From Leidyana gryllorum EB-2025a (lineage: Eukaryota; Protista; Apicomplexa): a DNA stretch of 39,820 nucleotides. The notes beneath the pieces are model-generated. The model had not been told where the DNA came from and did not search any database. It saw nothing but the letters and a program-made list of their open reading frames with translations. Shown one piece after another: positions 32,085 to 39,820 of the stretch. The position numbers and the translations under genes were made by a program. Where the stretch lies: assembly GCA_048772705.1 (NCBI GenBank), contig JBLWGC010000062.1:1-39820 (forward strand), in the 5' to 3' direction. The first letter of the stretch is position 1. Every line of letters starts with the position of its first letter.

Positions 32085-32194
32085 GAGAGGTTGTGACATC
32101 TGGTGTCATCCCTCGCGCCCGTGCGAGCGTTCGGTCCCTCATCAGATACATGTTTCCAGAGACACACGCAACTTTCACAGTCCGGAAGCTCCGT

Positions 32195-32267
32195 GCAGCC
32201 ATGGTCCAGTGGTTACGACGTCTGCTTCACACGCAGAAGGTCCCGACTTCGATCCTCGGTGGCTGTG
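32195..32267 (+). tRNA. trnV: tRNA-Val(CAC)
   Basis: Paralog of 17916. Confidence 0.7.
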
Positions 32268-32322
32268 GCTCGCAACTTTCAGCGACAACCAAAGGAGAGA
32301 ATCTCAAGCGGAACCAACTGTG

Positions 32323-32394
32323 CTCCGAAACCGGGGATCGAACCCGGGTCTTCCGCGTGACAGGCGGAAATACTGACCACTCTACTATCTCGGG
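32323..32394 (-). tRNA. trnD: tRNA-Asp(GTC)
   Basis: Paralog of 18043. Confidence 0.68.
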
Positions 32395-32490
32395 CCGGTC
32401 GTAAACACGCCCGCCTCCAACTCCAGAAATCCTCGCATTTTGAGATTCCACGGACAGGAAACAAGTGGAACGGCGAGCCAACAACACTCC

Positions 32491-32569
32491 GGCAAGATGG
32501 CCGAGTGGTCCAAGGCGCTGTGTTCAGGCCGCAGCCCGAAGGGCGGGGGTTCGAATCCCACTCTTATCA
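32491..32569 (+). tRNA. trnL: tRNA-Leu(CAG), slightly decayed
   Basis: Paralog of 21530. Confidence 0.7.
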
Positions 32570-32698
32570 GGCCTTGTAGTCAGGACAACCTGCGTCTTCA
32601 TCCCAGCATGCCCGCACGATGCGTGCGTGACACCCCGCTGTGGACGTACCACCCGACTAAGTGTTGATACAACTGACATATGAATATCCAGCTAAGTT

Positions 32699-32883
32699 GC
32701 CTTCCCAGCTGAGGGGCAGAGCGTTTGCTTCGTAAGCAGAAGGCTGTGATGCATCGATAGGCTCATAAGGAATGGCTGTCACCACGTACAAGATTCGACA
32801 AGATCGTGTTCTGCATCTGTGGTCTAGTGGAAGAGTCTCTGCTTGCCATCGAGATAACCCTTGTTCCATTCCCGACAGATGCA
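32699..32883 (+). pseudogene. Internally deleted Thr(CGT) (32699-32745) and decayed Gly(GCC) (32813-32883)
   Basis: Copy of the cassette at 22517. Confidence 0.68.
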
Positions 32884-32927
32884 AAATGATAGCATGATGA
32901 GTTTGTCGGCGGTGCCGATTCCCACCG

Positions 32928-33000
32928 TGGGAGTGGAGAGGATCGTACTCTCGACTTCAGGATTATGAGACCTACCCGCTACCGACTGCGCTACACTCCC
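32928..33000 (-). tRNA. trnM: tRNA-Met(CAT), slightly decayed
   Basis: Paralog of 22767. Confidence 0.68.
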
Positions 33001-33076
33001 CCTCCGACTTTCTCCGGAGAATTACCCGAACTCAGAAGCATGCTGCCAGGTAGGTTGGGTCAAGATACAAAAAAGC

Positions 33077-33148
33077 GGGCTGTTCTGGGAAGCGAACCCA
33101 GGACTTCTTCCACCCGAAGGAAGGATCATACCACTAGACCAAACAGCC
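33077..33148 (-). tRNA. trnP: tRNA-Pro(CGG)
   Basis: TT CGG GT loop; followed by T6. Confidence 0.75.
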
Positions 33149-33237
33149 AGATGCTCGGTAATGCAACCCACCGGGTACAGCCGAGAGACTGGTCATACTG
33201 TGTAAGGGATCACGGAATGCCATGGGGCTTGCGCTAC

Positions 33238-33310
33238 AGGCGACTAGCTCAGATGATTGAGCGGTCGCTCAGCGTGCGGAAGGGACTGGGATCGATGCCC
33301 AGCCCATCCA
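33238..33310 (+). pseudogene. trnA: tRNA-Ala(AGC), decayed
   Basis: Paralog of 23076. Confidence 0.6.
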
Positions 33311-33543
33311 AACTATATGCATAGCATCTTCGCCAGTTCAAGTACAGTTGGACATAACACTGTCTGCCAAAGCCCAGCAGGGGGAGTAGTAGTTTTCAAA
33401 GCACACCTCTACTTCCGATGGGAGGGAATCGTGGTGAGATGCCGGCACTTTCCCATTGGTCAGTGCCGCAGGGGGGCAGGCTGAAGAGGCGGCTGTTTGG
33501 TTTAGTGGTATGATTCTTCCTCGGGTAGGGAACATTGCAAGTA

Positions 33544-33616
33544 GGTCTTGTAGCTCAGTCGGCAGAGCGTGTGGCTGTTAACCACAAAGTCGCAGGTTCG
33601 AAACCTGCCAGGACCG
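33544..33616 (+). tRNA. trnN: tRNA-Asn(GTT)
   Basis: Intact. Confidence 0.92.
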
Positions 33617-33723
33617 GCTTCAGAGGCACCTCAGACATTGACTGCGGTGCTCTCCCAATGGCACTTGTGGTCTGCGATGATAAGGTTGGGTTTGGATCCC
33701 GGCACGTGCAGCCGTACGTACTT

Positions 33724-33796
33724 TGGACGACCTGGGCATTGATCCCAGTACCTTTCACATGCTAAGCAAGCTCTCTACCATTCAAGCCAGTCGCCC
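33724..33796 (-). pseudogene. trnA: tRNA-Ala(AGC), decayed
   Basis: Multiple transitions. Confidence 0.65.
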
Positions 33797-33911
33797 ATTC
33801 AGCAAATCCAAGTGCATAGAGTGTTTTTTACATGGTATGACCAGTCTCCAAACTGCATCGATCACTTGCACCAGTTTGTGCTCCACTTTGCACAAGCGAA
33901 GGCACGCAGGA

Positions 33912-33984
33912 AATGGCTGGAGGGACTCGAACCCTCAACCTTTGCCTTAGGAGGCCAACGCGCTATCCATTGCGCCACAACCGC
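33912..33984 (-). tRNA. trnR: tRNA-Arg(CCT), acceptor mismatches
   Basis: GGCGCAATGGATAGCGCG D arm; CT CCT AA loop. Confidence 0.7.
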
Positions 33985-34078
33985 ATTCGGGACCCATCCG
34001 ACTTTTCGAGTGGGACAGAACCGGGCCACCCCGCGGAGTCTTGTTCTGCGCAGCAATTCAAAATCAACTTGTGATGCT

Positions 34079-34286
34079 GGCAACTTGCCCGTGTGGTTGG
34101 GCCGGTAGACTAGAAATCTACCGGTTCCGCTAGCCTAAAACCAGCGATCGTTGTGTGATGTGATCTGGCATTGACCGTAAAAGTCGTCGACAATTCGGGA
34201 AGACTTACGATGAGGGTGATAATTGATCTCCCGCGGCTGGAGCGCAACGGCTTCGCCCGCCGCCTCAACCATTCGGCCACCTTACC
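34079..34286. pseudogene. trnS: Decayed Ser(AGA) (+) and Ser(GCT-type) (-) copies
   Basis: GTAGACTAGAAATCTAC; partial match to 34409. Confidence 0.55.
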
Positions 34287-34408
34287 AGGGAGCTATTCGA
34301 AAATCTTTCAACTGGCTCTTATATATACAGCTCCCAGCCTAGAGCGTTGAAGTTCAGTCGGGCCGAAAACGTCAGCTTAATCACTGAAGCAGTTGCGCTC
34401 TCCCCGAA

Positions 34409-34490
34409 TGACAAGAGTGAGATTCGAACTCACGCGGGTGAAGCGCAACGGCTTCGCAGGCCGCCGACTTAACCACTCGGCCACTTTGCC
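34409..34490 (-). pseudogene. trnS: tRNA-Ser(GCT) body with GCG anticodon
   Basis: Inverted paralog of 20953; loop CT GCG AA. Confidence 0.72.
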
Positions 34491-34703
34491 GAGAGTGGAA
34501 CGGATTACACCTGCCCTTGGGAATCCGTGCGAACTGTTAGTGGATAAGGTACACCTCTTCTCGACGGCAGTATTTGGCTCTGGTATGACTGTTTGGTAGG
34601 GTGGGACGAAGGTCTGAATGACCGCTCCAGTGCCCATCATGGTCCTTTGGTGAGCACACCACTCGCTCCTTCGGTTAGTAACTGTTCACCTAAACTCTGA
34701 AGG

Positions 34704-34777
34704 GATCGCGTATTTCAGTTGGTTAGAGCGTGAGCCTAATAAGTTCTGAGTCCGCGATTGGAGCCCGGCGGTGACCA
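34704..34777 (+). pseudogene. trnI: tRNA-Ile(AAT), decayed
   Basis: TCAGTTGGTTAGAGCG...CTAATAA. Confidence 0.55.
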
Positions 34778-35379
34778 AGTGAGTGGATCTCTAATTCAGA
34801 TTCGCCCTGTACCCGAGGAAGACCCGAGATTTCCCAATCAATTTGAATGGAATTTTTTTACTGAGTCCGAGCTTGCCGGCCCAAGCCCGTCGGTAGAGCC
34901 CAAGCCTTTTGACGGGAGAACCGCGGGTTCGGGCCGCGCGAGCAGTCCTAGTCAAGCTTGCTGAACCGTATGTGAAGCCACTGGCCGCAAAATCAAGCAG
35001 TTGTCGTGTGCTGTGATGATCGGAGTGGAGTGGTGATCATAAACGTGATCGAGAAGGCCCGGGATGGGGTTGCTTAGCTCGTGTCACTCTGAGTGCTACA
35101 GCCTCTGTCGATCTTTCGACTGCACTTTCGACTGCACTTGTGGCCTGAGGGCAAAATGCGACCGTGTTAAGGTCGTAACCCGGACTGACTTCCGGCAGCT
35201 ACAGCCGTATGCAAGTCGCGACCTGTCTATCGATCCCATCTCGCATGTAAATCAGCACTCTAGTCGCCCCTTGTGCACACCCCATCGCATTCGTTGGGAC
35301 TACAACATAGTATGACCACTGTCCTCAGCGGGGTGCACGACCGACAGGCGGCTATATGGTCTAGTGGTATGATTCTTCC

Positions 35380-36992
35380 AGCACTCACGCAACTTCACAG
35401 CGGCACTGCAAAATGAGGCAATGAACGGACCAGCCATCCCGCAACCGACATATGTCCCCTACAATAGAGATTCACGCGGCCCACAATACCGTCGGCCAGC
35501 CCCAATTCGCAGAAACATCTACAGTCCTGCAGGGGGAAGTCGCACTTTGCCAGATAAGTCTAATGCGGCTGCTTGCTCGGTCCACAACAACCATGATGTA
35601 GTTCAGTCTTGAAGCAGGGTCCGTCGGCATTCCTAGGAAATTTTTTCCAATGTGTTGCCATTGGAACAGACCCGCGAATAGTACAGTCAACACAGGAATC
35701 AGCAGACATGACGAACCTCACGAAGATCATAGTTGAACTCATTAGAAACAGTCAAACGGAGAAACGAGAAACAGAAGCACCTAAGAGGGATGCGGCATGG
35801 GCACTACAAACACAAGACCACTTTAACGGATTGGATGAAGTCTCGGTACGAGACTGGATTGACGGATGCGAATCGAAATTCGTTACATGGAATATCACAT
35901 CGGACTCGGAACGAATTCAAGCCGTATGTGGACACCTCGCCGGAAACGCAAGTAGATGGTTCCTCGCCAAACCAGAAGTAAAATACCTCACATGGAATCA
36001 GTTTAGGACCGTTTTTATTAAAGAGTTTGGACCACTGGAAACCCCGGAGGATGACTTAATCAAACTAATGCGCCTACGCAAAACACACTCCATGATAGAT
36101 TATGTGAGCAGAACAAGACAATTAATCCGCGGAATAGATCGCCGAATCCCCGAATCAACACTTATCCAACTGTTCTATGAAGGACTCCCTCAGTTCGACA
36201 AACAAACGCTCGACGCCATCTTCATACCGATCAAGGTGGGGTCCTCACAGACGAAGGCCAGTCGACGCATGCGCATTAATAGACACAGGATCGAACATAT
36301 CCATTACATCACAACATAATTGTCAACAGTTGGGATTGGTCATACAACCTCACAATGGTCAAAATACACTAACCGGACTCGGGGGCGAAGCACACATCTT
36401 AGGACAAACGGAACTCGTACTACTCACAACACCCACCCACAAAACATTAATCAAAGCCATGGTGGTTCAAGAACTACCCTATGACCTTTTACTTGGAACG
36501 CGTGACATTGCTAAACTCAACGTCAACATAAGGACAGGAACCAGTGGACAGCTGTGTGTAATAGTGGATAAACGGATTGAGATGGCCCAGAGAGTCGATC
36601 CACAACTATGGACATGGATGGCAACTACGACGGACAAAAGACACCCAGACATAGCCGATATCCCACCCCCCATCAATTCAGAAATGAATCTATCCCAGAA
36701 CGCTCAATGGATAATCAGAGAGTACAGTCACATCTTCGCGGATAAACTCCCACCCCCACCAAACAGGAAGAACCACAATCACAGGATTCAGCTTATCAAC
36801 CCCAACCAAACACCCGTGGCGAAAACACCATATCGGATACCACAGAAGTGGGTTAACGAGAGGGGGCCAGCTATCGACAGTCTCGTCTCATTCACGGATC
36901 CCCTAGCATCAGTCTCAATTCCTTCTAGGAAACACCCGTGGCTAAAACACCGTACCGGATACCACAGAAGTGGCTTAACGAAATGAGGGGCC
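35380..36992 (+). pseudogene. gag: Shuffled Gypsy gag-protease fragment (same family as 26110-28600)
   Basis: Gag VRDWIDGC...LAGNASRWF...TWNQF; protease ALIDTGS; ends in TPVAKTPYRIPQKW (present twice); zinc-knuckle remnant SCRGKSHFAR and an integrase piece precede gag. Confidence 0.85.
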
Positions 36993-36994
36993 GT

Positions 36995-39820
36995 AATAAG
37001 CGTAGTCTCCGGCCTGAAAACTCAAGCTCTGCTACCTCCTTCGTTGTTGTGCGGTGGTCGATTCTTTCACCATTCTCATCGTCACTCCTGCGAGTTTCGC
37101 TTTAGCCACTGATTCCTCACTGTCTAATCTCCAACGCTGTAGCCCCGGTAGGACTAAATCAAAGCCCATCAGTGCGCAGAACGGACTCTCCCCAGTGCTG
37201 AATGAGGTGTTGCATTGTCAATCTGAGTCGCTGTGTCTAATGCTTCCTCAAACGTAAAGATGGCATCGCTTTCCGCTATTTTTAGGCAGGCTTCTAAACT
37301 TTTGTGACTGGCTTCGTTAATTCCGTTCCCTTGCGGATAGTATGGGCTGCTGAGTGCATGATACGCAACTAACTCCCGTAGCACATACTCCTTGAAACTT
37401 CCTTTGAAATGTGTTCCACTGTCAGTCAGCACGGCAGTCGGTGCTCCAAAAACAGTGGTCCATTTTTGTAGTCCCGCCTTCGCATCTGTTGCTAGTGGGG
37501 GTCTTCGCACTGGGTAAGTCATCAAAAACCTAGCAGCGTGGTCAACAATGACTAGATAGTATACTCGCTCTCCTCCCCAGCTTCTGGGCCCACAAAGTCA
37601 GCACTAATTAGTTCCAGCGGTCGAGCCTTTCTTAACATTAGTGGAGCCTTCCTGTTGCAGGTCAAACACTTGTTGATGTACTCCCGCGTGTCCTGAGCCA
37701 TCCCGCGCCACCAGACCCATCTTCTCAGTCGTGCCACGGTCCTGTTTATCCCTAAATGCACTCCATACCTAGAAGTGTGGAACCAGTATAACCCCTCCTC
37801 TCTTAGCCTGCTAGGAATGAACAGCTTATGATTCTGTTGTGACACATAGTGTCCCGATGGTAGCTTGTAGCAGTCTGCACGTTCCTTGTCCGTCATGCTC
37901 CCGTACTCCGCCACAATCTCCGCCAGCTGCGGTATCCTAGGGGTCCTGCCTGCCAACTGACTCACATAGCATGGCAAGGCCATGTCAGCTGCTTTCCCCG
38001 TAAGATCACCCTCTGTTGTACGCGACAACCAATCTGCAATGGTGTTAACTTCTCCCAAAATATCAAACTGCTGCAGAAAGATAGCGCAGCGTTGAACTTT
38101 CCCTTCTTGGGCGGCCCACATCCATCGAAGGTCAGTTTCAATAATAGTTCTTGAGCAACGGATGTAATCCTTGAAATGGTCCACTGCCCAGTTAATAGCA
38201 AACGCTTCCAGCTCCCCGGTATTCCACCGTCTTTCAGTCTCAGACAGTGTTTTGCTCGCAAACTCGATGGGCGTCCAGAAATTGACTACAACCTGTCGGT
38301 GCTCTTAGGATCACTGCTCCTGCCAGTTCTCTCTTAAACAATTCAAATGCCTGCTGCTGCTCGTCCTGCCAAACCCACATCGCTCCCTTCTTCATCAGTC
38401 TAGTGAGTGGTTCTACTATCGTCGCCAAAATTGGGTATGAACCTGCTTACATAGCTAACTGCTCCTAAGAACGACTTCAGCACCTTCTTATCATTCGGTG
38501 GGGCTGCCTAAACGATCCCTTGCACCTTCATAGGTGATGGTGCTACTCCTTTCAGACCCACCGCGTGCCCTAAAACTTGATCTGGCCTTTGTCCAGTTCT
38601 GACTTCTGTAGTTTCAGCGAGAGATTCCACTTTCCACTGCTCTCTGCAGTACCTCCTCTAGCGATCTGTCATGTTCCTCCACTGAATTAGCTGCTATCAC
38701 GGTATCATCAACATAACAAAACACTCCTTGGTTGTATAGTTCCCCGAATATCATGTCCATGACGCGCTGAAATCCAGATACACTTGTCTTAATTCCAAAA
38801 GGTAACACATTGAATTCAAATGTTCCTCGATGTGTGACAAACGCTGTATATTCCTTGCTCTCCTCTTCCAGTGGCATCTGCTAGAACCCAGAATAGCAGT
38901 CTAAACTAGAGTATCTCTCCTTGCCCGCTATGTTCTGTAGCTGCTCCCATATGAGCGGAAGGGGATAGGCGTCTGACTTCACCTGTTTGTTCAATGGTCT
39001 ATTCTATACACATCCTCCATCTGCCATCCTTCTTCCTAATGGATTTGCTAGGTCTAATGGCATTCTCCTCTAGCAGCGAATCAATCTGTCTCTCTAAGAC
39101 CTCTTTCAGTTCTGGAGCTAGCCGCCTAATCGGTTCTTTCACAGGTCTACCTGTCACTTCTAGCCCAGCTGCCACTCCTTTTATAGCGACCAGTCGGGGC
39201 TTGATCCAGCATTCTCCATACTGCATAAATAGCTCAAATAATTTTCTTTTTCGGTCTTAAGATCAGCTCCCCAACTGCCTCGTCAAACCTCTTCCCCAGT
39301 AGTTCTAGCTCCAAAGAACCATCACCATCCTCTTCAGCTACTGCAATTAGTGGATCCTCCTCAGCCGTAGCGATCACACTTATCGTGTCCCCATCTTTCA
39401 CCACAAAATTGATTGTGTCTATCAGGGTCTTTAACTTTTTGAGTTCAGCATATCCTAGCAAGGCTGGGAACTCCTCTTCCTCGATCACATAAAACTCCGC
39501 TGTAATCATCCTAGTCCCTATCTGCATGTTGATTCTTTTTTGTTGCCTCGCCTTCCTCCTTCCCAATCCTATGAAACTGCACCATTGTCCTGTAGGTTGT
39601 AGTTTAAGCTTCCAAGCCAGCGCTTCTCCACACACTGACTTCACCGCCCCCGTATCCATCAGTAGCGGCACTTGCGTACCTTCATAAACTCCCATAACCC
39701 TGAAAGTCCAACGCCTCTGCGTGGCAAGATTCATGAAACTCGCTTCCATGGCGCACATACCCAGGTAGTCCTCTTCATGTGCTGAGTCCTGCTCATAGTC
39801 CTGTACCACATTAGCTCCCA
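36995..39820 (-). mobile_element. pol: Degenerate Ty3/Gypsy pol of a distinct family (PR, RT, RNase H, integrase), runs off the window edge
   Basis: LLMDTGA; RKKDGRWRMCI; LPFGIK...YVDD; FHTSRYGVHLG...CLTCN; ISADFVGP; LTDSGTHF; YPQGNGINE. Confidence 0.9.

Larger units (their letters stand above)
6244..35380. repeat. Scrambled tRNA-gene mosaic of duplicated multi-tRNA cassettes
   Basis: About 120 tRNA-like loci. Examples of paralogous blocks: 9460-10290~16525-17345; 9115-9417~10526-10838; 15869-16456 inverted ~21530-22440; 17733-18290~32012-32569; 22517-23150~32699-33310; 20460-21034 inverted ~34409-34995. Confidence 0.95.

Noticed and set aside
32576-32690. Possible small LTR fragment starting TGTAGTCAGG after tRNA-Leu
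   Set aside because: No TSD or clear second terminus, and similarity to the 209-bp LTR is limited to the first bases.
6244-35380. Bacterial, phage or organellar tRNA array
   Set aside because: The genes show eukaryotic hallmarks: A34 anticodons for Ala, Val, Thr, Pro and Leu, eukaryotic iMet and Ala T-loops, no systematic encoded CCA, and interleaved Gypsy elements.
6244-35380. CRISPR array or simple satellite
   Set aside because: There is no constant short repeat with unique spacers and no fixed period. The repeats are tRNAs with their flanks.
6244-35380. tRNA-derived SINE family
   Set aside because: Many isotypes are involved, upstream flanks are co-duplicated, and there are no polyA tails or TSDs around the units.

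Overview
Eukaryotic, protein-gene-free window made of two interleaved components. (1) A very dense, scrambled tRNA-gene mosaic: about 120 tRNA genes, pseudogenes and fragments by my manual count, mainly at 6.2-26.0, 28.8-29.2 and 32.0-35.4 kb, roughly one per 200 bp. It covers almost all isotypes (no Tyr found; Ile only decayed) and is built from multi-tRNA cassettes duplicated in both orientations. Cassette flanks reassort around the tRNA genes, and paralogous slots carry different synonymous anticodons. (2) Degenerate Ty3/Gypsy LTR retrotransposons. These are a complete chromodomain-bearing element (1081-5918, TSD CTCGT) whose internal 4.1 kb is cleanly inverted, two solo LTRs with 5-bp TSDs just upstream of tRNA genes, a Gypsy element split and shuffled between 26.1-28.6 and 35.4-37.0 kb, and two further Gypsy remnants. 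No intact host protein gene is recognisable. Most ORF-track entries are spurious translations of tRNA cassettes. Coordinates were read by hand and may be off by a few bases for decayed copies.
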